Shown here: positions 42,601 to 52,720 of the stretch, in pieces | Position numbering within the stretch: position 1 is the stretch's first letter | Layout of the letters: each line of letters starts with the position of its first letter | Source: a virus | DNA length: 64,000 nucleotides | Reading direction: 5' to 3' (one strand) | IMG/VR virus record: IMGVR_UViG_3300014720_000019 | Coordinates: 43,116 to 107,115 of that record | Notes under the pieces: model-generated | Told to the model about the DNA's origin: nothing | Databases searched by the model: none | Seen by the model: only the letters and a program-made list of their open reading frames with translations | Translations under genes and position numbers: made by a program

Positions 42601-45600
42601 AACCAACATAAAACAAATAACACTTGATGACACCTTATACAAGTATGCTAATAAGGGCAATGCTACTAATAGTTTAGGCTTCTCATTACACACTCTAGAC
42701 AAGGGCGGTGATTATACTGGCATGAAGATTGCCAGCACTAAACTAGCAGGTGCTAAGTGGATAGTTGGAGCCTTATTCATACCACACCTATTAGGTGTTG
42801 AGTTCTTACAAAGAAGTGGTGCCTCACTACTAACAACTGCACTACAACAATTAAACTTTAACAAGACAACAACTAACACAACAATAGAACTACAATCTAC
42901 TAACTTTGTATCTGGTAGAGAGTTTGCTAAGTACTTTGGTGCTAACAATAATATAGCTGATGTTATTGGTAATGTAGAGACATTAGTAGGATTAGCAGGT
43001 ATTACAACATGGGCATGGAAGAACAGTTCATCGTTCATGCCTGAAATACATGCAAAGTTATATCAAGGTGATAATGTATTTAACTCAATAACAGAGATAG
43101 CAACAGAGTTAGATAGTAGTACTGGTAACTATAAGTTCAACGCTGTTAATGGTAGAGCAGCGATTGAAGGTGTATTAAATAATAAAGCTGGCAATATTAA
43201 CTCCTTTAGAGCCAAGCTTGCTAGTGATAAAGAAGTAGTGTTTAGTGTTGTTAGAGATGGTTCTAAGATAGTAGGACTACAAACATTAAACGCCCAAATT
43301 AAGAAGAACATGACTTCATTTGGCATAACATTAGGTCTATCATTAACAGCAATGCAGACGGCCAGATATGTTATTAGTTCTGCTATTAATGGTGAAAGGC
43401 AGTTGACAGGATCAGCCTTACTATCTACCTATGCATTAGCAGTACCAGCAGTAATAATAGGTACAACATCAATAGCTGACAATATAGCTCACACTGTTAA
43501 CTTATTAAGCGGTGGTAAGACTGGATGGAATGATTATAAGCTTACATCTGCTGTTACACGGGGCCTTTTATGGACCACACAACAAACTGCTAATATATTT
43601 GCTAAGAGTCCATTATTAGCAACAACAATAGCAGCAACAGGTCTATTAACAGCCTATATAAGTGGTGCTGCCAAATACTTAACTCCCTTTCAAGGTGACA
43701 TCAACGGACCAAGGTTAGATGAGACAAACACTACTGCTATTACTAAATTAGGCAAGTATGTAGAGCATGTTAATAGAAAGATTAATAATGCTTATAACAA
43801 TGCTGAAGCAGATAAAGGTGACATAGCAGTTAGTGACACCGTATCACCACTAGAAGTTAATGGTGCTTTATTTGCCATAGCACTTAGTAAGATAATGAAT
43901 CCAATACTATCATCACAGAAGGGTAGTACTGCATATGTTGTAGCAATACAATCACCAACACCAGTCTTTCAATACTACAGTGTTTATAAGACTATAAAGG
44001 ATAGTCAAGGCAACACATATTCAACGCTTAATCTAGGCTTACAAGGTCCACCAGCATTTGGCTTTGCACCTATCAACTTAAGTCTACCAATAGCCTTTGC
44101 AATGAATGCAAGAAGCAATGATGGAATACTAATTAGAACGGGCTACCTGGGTACAGGTTTAATGCTGAATGAAAATAACAAAGATAGCATGTCCATGCAA
44201 GACTATTTAAATTTATATGGTAATGTTGCTCTATGGAGTGGACTTGCTGTAAAAGGTGTTAGCACGTTATACAGTGTTAGAACAAAGGGTATTAATAAAC
44301 AAATAACAAAGAGTGGAACACAGGCAGCATTACCACCCCTTGTACAATCAATGAAGGGAGGTAGAGATGCCTTCTTATCAACTATTGGCACCTTACCTTT
44401 AAAGATAGCAGCACAATCATTTACCATTGCAACTGGTGATGTGAGAATGATGTCACTAAGATTAAGAGGTGGCTACTTATCAATGTTGCCAATTGGTATT
44501 AACGCACTAGTAATGGGTGCGTTTAGCAATCACTTATATGACGTGTTTAAACAAACAACACAACCCTATGTTGATAGAGAGAAGGCCAAAGATGATAAAG
44601 ATCCAATAAGAGCTGTTCTTATTGGTGGTATGGCTATTACATATGGTATTAGAGATTATTATAAAAACACATTTCAAAGGGCTAAAGAGCTAACAAGATT
44701 AGAAGGCATACTATTAAATGGCACTGACAAGATTGCATATGATATGTCTTCAATTAACATATTCTCTAGTGCTGGTCAAAACAAATATGTTAAAGGAGCT
44801 ATTAAAGTATTAAACATTGTATCTGGTGCTGCTAGTCCAGTTATATCTAAGATAGCTCCATCAATATCAGCAGTAAAACAACTATATCAATCTGCAACCA
44901 CTAATGTTAGTAGAGTGTTTAGCAGTACAAGTAGAAAAGCTAGATATGGCAAATCAGCAATTATGGGGGGCCTCTTCTACCACTTCATAACAGATCCAAA
45001 AGCAGGACTAATAAACCCAGAAGTAGCATTTGGTGATCTTAAGACACAAGAAGAAGATAAATATACATGGTCACCTAGAAGACTAACAACTGTTGCTGGT
45101 GGTGCCTTATTATTTGCAGCAACTGCACACTTATCAGGTGTAACACCAGCAACACTAAACCCCTTTCAACCACTAAGATCGGAGGAGATATTTGATAGTT
45201 ATAGAGCAAGGTTAGAGACAGTTGTTGAGTTGAGAGGAAAGAAGGGGCCACTTAACAATGTTAGATCTTGGTACAACGAGTATAGACTAACAGCACAAAG
45301 TAGAGAGGTACAGACAATATTTGATGCCTTACAAAATGGCGATCCACTGATTGAAGAGTTAAAGAAGATAGAGACTGATCCAGCCACTGGAAAGCCTGTA
45401 ACAAGAACAATTGCCTATCTAACAAGTAATCCTCTATCAAATATAAAGAATCAAGCAGCCAATAATGCTAAAGATGTGATAGACAATTTAAGCCAATTAG
45501 ATCCAACAAACACTGGACACTTAGATCTAGTTAGTGCTGCTAAAGCTGATCCTAAAGCAGTATTAGATAAGTTGTATGTAGACGATGGTATTGGTAAACC

Positions 45601-48600
45601 TAGAGTAAACATAGAAAAACACACAACAACCTTAGAGGCTATTGACTTTGCACATCCAAATGTAAGTACCAACATTAGAGTTAGTAGAATATCTAAGTTT
45701 GCAGTTGTAGGTGTTGGCTTAGGCGCTGGTTTAATGCTTAGCAATTATCTTGCTCAATCATTTGGATATAAGGACATACAAGATGCTTTTATAGGCGCTG
45801 GCAGCAATGATAAATATAGTCTAACTGAACAGATAAAGACTGGATTGATAGACTTACTAAAAATACAGACTAAACAGGATAGAGAGCACTCATATGATTT
45901 AGCAAAGGGATTAGTTGGACCCAACTTTAGAACTAGTAAGGGTGAGTTTCTATTAGCTCCAGAGAACACAGTAAAGGGATCAATTAATAAAGCAGTAAAG
46001 AATCTAAGCAACCTAGTAATAAGTAACGCTCCTAACACCTTTGTAGGCTTAGGAGCTGTTGGTATAACTGTTAGACCTGATGACAATGATGTTAGAGTTA
46101 GAGACTACTTCCAACTACAATCAGCATCACAAGACTTTAGTAGTGCCATGTATTCAATGTCAGCAGTGTTTGGTTTACAGGAGCTTGCTAAGAAGGGCTT
46201 CCTTGCTAACACTATAATAGCCGCCACAAGAGGGGTTGATGATAAAGAATTAAATCAAGCACAACTTAGAAGTATTGCTACTAATATAATAACTGCTGTT
46301 TATAGTCAACCAATAAGAAAGCCAAAGGATAGGATTAAGTTTACCACTCCTAACAAGTTGATGTTAGAAGGTATGCAAGGTAACAGACAACTATCAATGT
46401 CTGTTACTAATAGATTAAAGAACCTACAAGCAATGTCATATGGCACCACAGAACAGTTAGCATTATACACATTGACTAACAACATGTTTGTAGCTGATCC
46501 AGCAATACAAAATCAATTCTATAAAGCTCTTAGACAATTATCCTTACATGATGATCAAACAGGATTAGGAGAGCTCAATCAAAACACATTAATAGGGGGC
46601 AGACTAAATGTTAGCAGTGTAAAGATAAAGGGTAATAATGACAACCCATTCACACCATTTAAACTAACAACAGTTGAATCTAACAATGAAGATGCCTTCT
46701 TTGAAATGCAAGGCATAGCAGTACAACTAACAACTAATCAATATCTAGAACAAAAGGATCTAGGTGAGATGTTGAAGGACAACATTGCTAGATTCTATGC
46801 ATCGTCATCACTACAAGGACTAGTTAATGCTTTACCTCCTGGTCTTGGATTAGTAGCACAAATACTAGCAGCAGTTGGTGGTATAGGTGTTGTTGCTAGC
46901 ATGTTATACACTGCTGGTTATAGAGCATCAATGAATCAAGCATCTGTTGTAAATACAAGATTGTATGAACAACTAAACAAGTTTTATGACAAGGATAATT
47001 GGTTCACAGACAATAAAGTGGAAGGAATAGAAACTCCTAACACTACTGGAACACACTATCTAACAGTAAAGAGAGCAGGTGTAGTATTTGCAGTAGAAGA
47101 AGGACTTACCTCAACTCAAATACAAAAGTATCAAGATGATATTGACAAGTTACAAAGCAAACTAGCATTAAGCTTTGATCAATCTTATACTCAATTTAGT
47201 GATAGATATGGCGCTGAATATACCAATAACAAACAGAAGTTAGAAGCCTTTTATAATGACATTATTGATAGTAATAAAGTAACTGGTAGCACAACAACAG
47301 TACTAGCACAAAGAGATCAACTAATAGCTAGAAACTATGCTAAAGAGTTTCAACCAGTAATGGGTGTGGCCAATCAAACAGTAGTAACATATAACACCTC
47401 TAACAATCAAAGAATAACAGAGCATCTAATTGATCAGTTCACACAAAAGCAAGTATTAGATGCTTATTTAGAAGGCCAGCATTTACAGCACTTAGAGATT
47501 GCCAAAAATTCAAAGGGTGCTATAAAACCTATGAGTATAAGAGACTTTACTGATAAGTATTATAAAAACATAACCTATGATGACCTATTAAATTCAAAAA
47601 TAAAGGGCTTTGAAAGTAATGGCTACAACATCTTTGGTAAGGATAGATTTGCAACTAGAATGTCAATTAATCTTATAACTGAAGTGTATGCCGCCAAGTA
47701 TGATTATATTATTGATACATTCTTTAACACTGTTGATGAGAGCATTGATGATGTATTTAAAATAAGAGATGACAACATTTATTCAAAGTTTACTAGTAAC
47801 AGCATAAACGAGTTAGATCTAAACACACATACTTCTGTTAAGGCTCACGCTGCCAATAGAAGATTAGAGATGAAGATCCAACTTAGAGAGAATATAAAGA
47901 CTAGAATGGATAGTATATTTGCTCCTAAGAAGACTGGTAAGTGGGCATGGTTAGATAGTCTATTAACCTTTGTTGGAGGCAACTCAACAGTAAGAGATAA
48001 CATACAAGGTATGACCTTACAAGCTGGTGAGGCTGCAATGGATACAGTAAAGGGTATAAGAAGTGATTTAGGGGGCATGTTTAATAGAACTGGACCAGTT
48101 CCAACCTATCTAACAACAGAGGCACAAGAAGCAGTAAAACAGGAGATTATTAAAAGAACTGGACAAGGGGTTAAAGGTTCAATGCCCGTATCTAGCATAC
48201 CAGCACCCCTACAAAGTCAAGGAGCCACCTTATCCTTTGAGAATACACTATTAAGCTTTGGTAGTGGATTAATGGCCGCCTTTCAATTCATGCAATTTGC
48301 ATCAATGAATCTACTAACAATGAGAGCCGCAGCAAGTATATCCTCATCAAAGACTGGTGAAAGAGAGAAGGAGATGGCTAGAGAGGAGCTTGCTAAGGAG
48401 GGCTTTGAAAATATATTTGCTGCTATGTTTTGGGGCACAATACTAAGTGGTGAGTTGATAAAAGGATATGGTTTACCCCTAGCAGGAGGACTAGCTGCTG
48501 GTTATATTGGCTATGAGTTCTTATTTAATAAGAGAGGTATTGGCATGACAATAACTGGTGGTGCAGTTGGTGCTGGTTTATTTGCTACTGCTGTTGGTAT

Positions 48601-50212
48601 GCAGTGGTTTTCTAGAAATACTGGACCCAACAAATGGGCCTTATCACTAGGATTAGCTGGTCTAGTAATGCTTAGCAGAGGCGTATCTGATAGCATGGGA
48701 TCTGCAATAGCAGCCGTATCACCACAAGCAGGAAAGTATATAGCAGATCAATTAGAAGCTTTAAACAGTGCTGGTAGATATGGCATGAGAAAGCTACAAG
48801 ATCAGAGTCAATATATTAACTTAGTAGCTGGTGGTACATTTGCATTTGCTGGAGCATATAGCATGTTTAAAGGAGGCCCAACAGCATTAAATCTTGGACT
48901 AACAGCAGTTGGTGCTTTACTAGCAAGTGTTGGCTTAGTGCATGGTATAAACACAATAACAGAGAACAAAGATACTAGATGGGAAGGTGCAAGCAGAGCA
49001 GGCTTATCAGTTGTTGCTAACATATTAACAAGTAAGTACATACCTAAAGGTGTTGACATACTAAGCAAGACAATAGGAGCTAAGATAAGTCAAGAGATAG
49101 GAGAAAAGATAGCAATTGAATCACTAACAACCTCAGTAAGAAGTGCAGGAGGATCTGCACTTAGAAAGCTTGGTGGTGATGCATTAGTAAAGAATGTAGC
49201 AGGTAAGTTAGCAGCTACAAAAGCAGTTGGAAGCTTTGTTGGTAAAGCTGTATCTGGATTTGTTGGAGGACCTTGGGGAGCCACAATAATGATAGGTTGG
49301 AGCATATTTGAATTGTTATCAATATTAATAGCACCAGAAGCTGTGGATCAGACAACATCATGGCTAACTAATTTACCAACACAAGTGTTAGGTGGATATG
49401 GACAGCTTCTATTAACACCATCTAATCAGATATATCAAGATAAAAGATATAGAGACTTAGACACAAGAAATCCTATGTACTTTGGTACAGTAACAGACGC
49501 ATTAAAACAAGAATGGGCGGGTCAAGTAGACACGCTAACTGACTTCACAGGAAGAACCACACTAGCTAGAAACGTAGGAGCATTAGACGCACCAATGGGA
49601 GGCTATCAAGTAACTAGTCAAGGTTATGGTCCTAGATCATTAGATGCGGTTGAAGAGTTAGCTTTGATAATAAGAAGTAAGGGTTATAATCAACTAGTAA
49701 CTGGTAGACAGTTCTGGAACAGTAGAATGGATACCGCATTAAATGTGGCTCTTGTTAATCAATATATGAATATAACTAATCAAATACAAATGCAAGCTTG
49801 GGAGAATGATGTTAGAAAGACAGTAGAAAGAGAGAAGGCTAGAATAACAAAGGCACCAATATTCTCTGCAAAAGACTATAAACAGATGGCTAAAGACACA
49901 CAACCACTAGCAGAGATATTAAATAGTTTATTTGTTAAACAAAGTGCTGAATTTGCAAGTAACAACTCATTAGTAGTTAATGTAAAAGCACAAGCTGCTC
50001 CTGATAATAATCCAAGTCAAAAGATGTCCTTTGGCACTATATCTCCAACCGCTTTAAAGGCAGAGAAGGTAATACAAGATAATGGCACTCCTAAGATATC
50101 ATTTAGCAAAACAGTTGTTCCTAATATTGATCAAGTAAGAAAAGATCATAGAGATTATATTGGTCCTGAAAATACAGTTGCACAACATATTATTGCTCCA
50201 CTTAATGTATAA
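39671..50212 (+). CDS. Giant tape-measure/ejection-like membrane protein with N-terminal NucA-like sugar-nonspecific nuclease domain
   Basis: 3513 aa, Ala/Gly-rich and helical, with many hydrophobic segments. About 39990-40710 encodes GNPTGA...NWVAY...QRGHNFPS...N.ATF..TNM.AQ...LN.GAW..LE...VP...WKV...PN...DWRRY. Confidence 0.75.
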   Translation: MNLLGKIATGLGLYSATSLGWGVLNNDFNPYQQGDWNWQYKGASYSDRVGNFTMFSDNKSRYNDYLKGYNKTVGYDFNLVGIDPQQVKRQQIIEDNLYKQGTLSSNENLALIGNPTGANTTSSNNLILENKVGGRSLFVTSFNEEKKRPNWVAYNIRKENLGSTERANIFTYDTNVDSRYQMLDSGVKGFQRGHNFPSSLATANEDINKATFVITNMTAQAGELNTGAWKYLEHYLRDQVKDNNQQVVVLSGNYGSGGIGTQGYRKYVDGVEVPSIMWKVAIFLDSNGKISSNSKSIVTAFPNQQNVNSDWRRYQLKNGNDLKTLLNTERLLPALDKETEEAVLKNAFSLPDDKSKLLSLDNLVNNNFMNEAVISTRAREKGIHNPLLGPLFDPSKSMKGVVISNKRTHSESFELARYNASMMGTGRFTSAIEVTDMSTVQGLMYLAKGDQMTWGDKKIAEVFDYAANSPSLASRINEYFFIPNGMGRVYKEEKGFIPSLFGAVGALIDQSYITNNPVLKSYKSDADSYYTTKNSIFQDLLENSSAAILATTSSIGVYLAVGEPLKAMLSKSILDTQKALIDASDSHSIKKNSSTSSNPLVRQLTEAKHRIANVLIGGDKDTNVGFKLQQIERAMGPNANTPYYDVKNGTLSAYYLDNYARYRGASFFESTAQHFLLDIVNPYTVGKAEYIKLRSAINDYVNEVYRPADIKIVDRAKPISGVARTIEWASETIDIDFNGDKRAIKIGTAIEAIRNKTALVDPTNKGVTRAMDSVLIDEINDVVNKKYAVDITNVSLERSMILAKKTQAILNLIPMPWAWGIFAGRQDKVTAPMIGNLLDIEGFTRHINASISNQGFWGAANEFMYFNIDGNNSNNAAYRITNHIATSTRAILAFNDRGGQSKADLEAIEQVASTYSNAEKVVVERLDKAEKARSYKSSTTLGREIFNTDALNQDEVLELLDLEANYQSEWKKASGSRTNIKQITLDDTLYKYANKGNATNSLGFSLHTLDKGGDYTGMKIASTKLAGAKWIVGALFIPHLLGVEFLQRSGASLLTTALQQLNFNKTTTNTTIELQSTNFVSGREFAKYFGANNNIADVIGNVETLVGLAGITTWAWKNSSSFMPEIHAKLYQGDNVFNSITEIATELDSSTGNYKFNAVNGRAAIEGVLNNKAGNINSFRAKLASDKEVVFSVVRDGSKIVGLQTLNAQIKKNMTSFGITLGLSLTAMQTARYVISSAINGERQLTGSALLSTYALAVPAVIIGTTSIADNIAHTVNLLSGGKTGWNDYKLTSAVTRGLLWTTQQTANIFAKSPLLATTIAATGLLTAYISGAAKYLTPFQGDINGPRLDETNTTAITKLGKYVEHVNRKINNAYNNAEADKGDIAVSDTVSPLEVNGALFAIALSKIMNPILSSQKGSTAYVVAIQSPTPVFQYYSVYKTIKDSQGNTYSTLNLGLQGPPAFGFAPINLSLPIAFAMNARSNDGILIRTGYLGTGLMLNENNKDSMSMQDYLNLYGNVALWSGLAVKGVSTLYSVRTKGINKQITKSGTQAALPPLVQSMKGGRDAFLSTIGTLPLKIAAQSFTIATGDVRMMSLRLRGGYLSMLPIGINALVMGAFSNHLYDVFKQTTQPYVDREKAKDDKDPIRAVLIGGMAITYGIRDYYKNTFQRAKELTRLEGILLNGTDKIAYDMSSINIFSSAGQNKYVKGAIKVLNIVSGAASPVISKIAPSISAVKQLYQSATTNVSRVFSSTSRKARYGKSAIMGGLFYHFITDPKAGLINPEVAFGDLKTQEEDKYTWSPRRLTTVAGGALLFAATAHLSGVTPATLNPFQPLRSEEIFDSYRARLETVVELRGKKGPLNNVRSWYNEYRLTAQSREVQTIFDALQNGDPLIEELKKIETDPATGKPVTRTIAYLTSNPLSNIKNQAANNAKDVIDNLSQLDPTNTGHLDLVSAAKADPKAVLDKLYVDDGIGKPRVNIEKHTTTLEAIDFAHPNVSTNIRVSRISKFAVVGVGLGAGLMLSNYLAQSFGYKDIQDAFIGAGSNDKYSLTEQIKTGLIDLLKIQTKQDREHSYDLAKGLVGPNFRTSKGEFLLAPENTVKGSINKAVKNLSNLVISNAPNTFVGLGAVGITVRPDDNDVRVRDYFQLQSASQDFSSAMYSMSAVFGLQELAKKGFLANTIIAATRGVDDKELNQAQLRSIATNIITAVYSQPIRKPKDRIKFTTPNKLMLEGMQGNRQLSMSVTNRLKNLQAMSYGTTEQLALYTLTNNMFVADPAIQNQFYKALRQLSLHDDQTGLGELNQNTLIGGRLNVSSVKIKGNNDNPFTPFKLTTVESNNEDAFFEMQGIAVQLTTNQYLEQKDLGEMLKDNIARFYASSSLQGLVNALPPGLGLVAQILAAVGGIGVVASMLYTAGYRASMNQASVVNTRLYEQLNKFYDKDNWFTDNKVEGIETPNTTGTHYLTVKRAGVVFAVEEGLTSTQIQKYQDDIDKLQSKLALSFDQSYTQFSDRYGAEYTNNKQKLEAFYNDIIDSNKVTGSTTTVLAQRDQLIARNYAKEFQPVMGVANQTVVTYNTSNNQRITEHLIDQFTQKQVLDAYLEGQHLQHLEIAKNSKGAIKPMSIRDFTDKYYKNITYDDLLNSKIKGFESNGYNIFGKDRFATRMSINLITEVYAAKYDYIIDTFFNTVDESIDDVFKIRDDNIYSKFTSNSINELDLNTHTSVKAHAANRRLEMKIQLRENIKTRMDSIFAPKKTGKWAWLDSLLTFVGGNSTVRDNIQGMTLQAGEAAMDTVKGIRSDLGGMFNRTGPVPTYLTTEAQEAVKQEIIKRTGQGVKGSMPVSSIPAPLQSQGATLSFENTLLSFGSGLMAAFQFMQFASMNLLTMRAAASISSSKTGEREKEMAREELAKEGFENIFAAMFWGTILSGELIKGYGLPLAGGLAAGYIGYEFLFNKRGIGMTITGGAVGAGLFATAVGMQWFSRNTGPNKWALSLGLAGLVMLSRGVSDSMGSAIAAVSPQAGKYIADQLEALNSAGRYGMRKLQDQSQYINLVAGGTFAFAGAYSMFKGGPTALNLGLTAVGALLASVGLVHGINTITENKDTRWEGASRAGLSVVANILTSKYIPKGVDILSKTIGAKISQEIGEKIAIESLTTSVRSAGGSALRKLGGDALVKNVAGKLAATKAVGSFVGKAVSGFVGGPWGATIMIGWSIFELLSILIAPEAVDQTTSWLTNLPTQVLGGYGQLLLTPSNQIYQDKRYRDLDTRNPMYFGTVTDALKQEWAGQVDTLTDFTGRTTLARNVGALDAPMGGYQVTSQGYGPRSLDAVEELALIIRSKGYNQLVTGRQFWNSRMDTALNVALVNQYMNITNQIQMQAWENDVRKTVEREKARITKAPIFSAKDYKQMAKDTQPLAEILNSLFVKQSAEFASNNSLVVNVKAQAAPDNNPSQKMSFGTISPTALKAEKVIQDNGTPKISFSKTVVPNIDQVRKDHRDYIGPENTVAQHIIAPLNV

Positions 50213-50241
50213 TATATACATTACTTACAATATACAAATAA

Positions 50242-51330
50242 ATGTCTAACACTACCAGACAAGATAATAGACCCGCCACATATTCAGTTAGTAAACTAAG
50301 AACATTTCACACATGTTCTATGATGTACAAATATAAGTATGTAGATAAACTTAGAGATAACAGTCTAACAAAAGCCACCTTACTTGGCTCTTGTTTACAT
50401 CAAATATTAGAAGACACATATAGACCACATATTAACATTGATAATCCACCTAGAATATTAGAAGAAGCTATTATATTAGCCTCTACCAATGAAGTACTAA
50501 GTAAGGTGTTTGTACATGATTTAACTGAGCAAATAACAACTGTATATAACTACTACAAGCAAGTAGATGATTTATATTACAGAGCAAGTGTTGATTACAC
50601 AGGCCCTAATGCAATTAGAAAAGGTGATGGTACTGTTGCACAAGCACCAGAGATGACAGCAACTTGGAAAAAAGAGATTGCTAAATTAAACATTACTAAC
50701 ACGCAGGACACTATTAACTCCTATATCAAATCAGTTGATGGTAGATGGGAGAATATAGACTTCTTTGACCTAGTACTAAATGTTATAAAGATTGCTAACA
50801 AGTTTAGCTTGGCACCTTCTATTAAGAAGATATTAGGAGTTGAATTAGAGTTCTCACCTGAGACTAACATTATAACAACGCCTAACACTGGAGATAAGGG
50901 ACCAATACTAGAAGCATATATAGATCTAATAGCAGAGATGCAAGATGGAGAAGTTGCTATTATTGATTATAAGAGTGGCTCACAAGACTACACAGCAGCA
51001 GACATTGACTTTAACAGCCAGCTACTAACATATTCATATGCGTATGAGCAATTAACCCAACAACAACCTAAGTACATTGGTATATACAATCTAAGAACTA
51101 ATAGTCTTGTATACAGTCAAATGGTGCCAGCTTTTAGAGATCAGGTAATACAACAATTAACCTCTGTTCACAAAGATATTACTAATAACAAGTTTGAGAA
51201 GAGAATACCCAACAAAGACTATGCTAACTCTTGTCCATGCCTTGATCAATTCCATAAACCCTGCCCCTTTTTACAACATTGCTATCCTGATCTATTTAAT
51301 AAGATAAACAATATAACAGTTGATTTATAA
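50242..51330 (+). CDS. PD-(D/E)XK RecB/Cas4-like exonuclease
   Basis: YSVSKL..F..C...Y; GSCLHQILE; E; YIDLI; IIDYKSG; QL..Y; C-terminal C...CPF..HC (probable Fe-S ligands). Confidence 0.85.
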   Translation: MSNTTRQDNRPATYSVSKLRTFHTCSMMYKYKYVDKLRDNSLTKATLLGSCLHQILEDTYRPHINIDNPPRILEEAIILASTNEVLSKVFVHDLTEQITTVYNYYKQVDDLYYRASVDYTGPNAIRKGDGTVAQAPEMTATWKKEIAKLNITNTQDTINSYIKSVDGRWENIDFFDLVLNVIKIANKFSLAPSIKKILGVELEFSPETNIITTPNTGDKGPILEAYIDLIAEMQDGEVAIIDYKSGSQDYTAADIDFNSQLLTYSYAYEQLTQQQPKYIGIYNLRTNSLVYSQMVPAFRDQVIQQLTSVHKDITNNKFEKRIPNKDYANSCPCLDQFHKPCPFLQHCYPDLFNKINNITVDL

Positions 51331-51361
51331 CTATTAGACAAATAATTAAATACTAACAATT

Positions 51362-51405
51362 TATAGGCGCTATTATAGTAAACATATGCTATAATAGCGC
51401 CTATA
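51362..51405 (+). terminator. Long stem-loop (terminator or processing site)
   Basis: Perfect 17-bp arms tataggcgctattatag / ctataatagcgcctata followed by a short T run. Confidence 0.65.
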
Positions 51406-51482
51406 TTTGTAATAGATATAATTACTTTATACTATTAACAAATTAAATAAATATTTACTATTTTGTATAAGAGGATACAATT

Positions 51483-51866
51483 TTGAGGCCGCATGAGGGC
51501 AGGAGTAAGCTACTCAATTACATTAAAAAGGAATACCCTTGGAAGCAACCTTTTATATATGTATATAGAGAAGATAACAGACTAATGAGTCATGAGTTTA
51601 GTTGGACACAGGTTGAGACGGCTATTAAATGGGCCAAATCAATTAATCCAGAGAACTATAAGATTATGATGTACTTAGCAACCACAGAGAGAACAAGGCA
51701 GGCAATAGCAGATGCTTTGTATTTAGACATGACAACAATCAAAAGAAGAGCTGATAAATGTTTAAATCAAATAATGCATTATTTGATTGGAGTATATGTT
51801 AAACAAGAAGACTTTGATGATTTAATACAACCAATTGATCTTAGATCAAAACTAGATTTGGATTAA
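51483..51866 (+). CDS. Sigma-region-4-like HTH DNA-binding protein
   Basis: TRQAIADALYLDMTTIKRR helix-turn-helix. TTG start with AGAGGA RBS. Confidence 0.65.
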   Translation: MRPHEGRSKLLNYIKKEYPWKQPFIYVYREDNRLMSHEFSWTQVETAIKWAKSINPENYKIMMYLATTERTRQAIADALYLDMTTIKRRADKCLNQIMHYLIGVYVKQEDFDDLIQPIDLRSKLDLD

Positions 51867-51870
51867 TAGT

Positions 51871-52650
51871 ATGATAGATCCGCATTTATTTGTAAAGAAG
51901 ATAGAACAAGATTTAAGAGATCAACTAACAATTGATGGCAGAATTGGAGAGAAACCCTATCAACTAATACTTAATGATCTAGATTATTTAAGAGAGAAGT
52001 TAGTAGAAGATAATAGTTTAGCAACTCCTACAATAGTACCAACTAACTTAATTGATCAACATGGCTTAGCAAGTTATTTAATACAGTTTTATCAATCGGG
52101 TCAGCCTCTTGCAAGTATAGCTAATTCATTATCAACTATTGCTGGAATGGCTATTAAAGTTACAGACATTGAAGAGTGGCTAACAACTTATAAAGAGACT
52201 AATAGTTTATACATTAAACCTAATGAGAATAAGATTGGATCAATCTTTGATGCTAGTTCTAGATATCAAGACTTGTATGAGAATCTAACAAACTTATTAG
52301 AAGATATAAAACTAGCAGCTAATGACAGTTTTAAACACAAATCAACAACAAAGGAGCAAGTGCTTATTGAGTTGTTTAGAGAGATGAGAATGCTCACAAC
52401 AGAGGCTGATAAGTTTGTATCAACTCAGATAAGAGCACAATCAATGAGAACATTAATAGCAGACATTGTTAATGCGGTGTCTGCATACAATCCAATTGTT
52501 GCTAGAGATCTAATAAGTATTATTAAAGTTAAGAGTTCACTGTGGGATGCATTACTACTTGGAGGAATATCACAGCCAGTACTACATCAAGTTGATAAGA
52601 ACACTATAAAACAGATGAGAGCTGAATTAAAAGAAGATGACGATGAGTAA
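51871..52650 (+). CDS. Helical HTH-containing protein, possible terminase small subunit
   Basis: GQPLASIANSL...VTDIEEWL HTH-like segment followed by long helices. Function speculative. Confidence 0.4.
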   Translation: MIDPHLFVKKIEQDLRDQLTIDGRIGEKPYQLILNDLDYLREKLVEDNSLATPTIVPTNLIDQHGLASYLIQFYQSGQPLASIANSLSTIAGMAIKVTDIEEWLTTYKETNSLYIKPNENKIGSIFDASSRYQDLYENLTNLLEDIKLAANDSFKHKSTTKEQVLIELFREMRMLTTEADKFVSTQIRAQSMRTLIADIVNAVSAYNPIVARDLISIIKVKSSLWDALLLGGISQPVLHQVDKNTIKQMRAELKEDDDE

Positions 52651-52678
52651 TAATAATAAATAAACAATAAACAAATAA

Positions 52679-52720
52679 AATAATAAAAGGAGCCCTATAA
52701 TTTAAGCTCCTTTTATTATT
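52679..52720. terminator. Bidirectional intrinsic terminator
   Basis: aataataaaaggagc / gctccttttattatt between convergent genes. Confidence 0.85.

Noticed and set aside
2312-49305. Many short minus-strand ORFs inside long + genes
   Set aside because: Antisense shadows of codon bias, with no RBS or motifs.
50242-51480. CRISPR locus next to the Cas4-like gene
   Set aside because: No repeat-spacer array or other cas genes, only a single hairpin.
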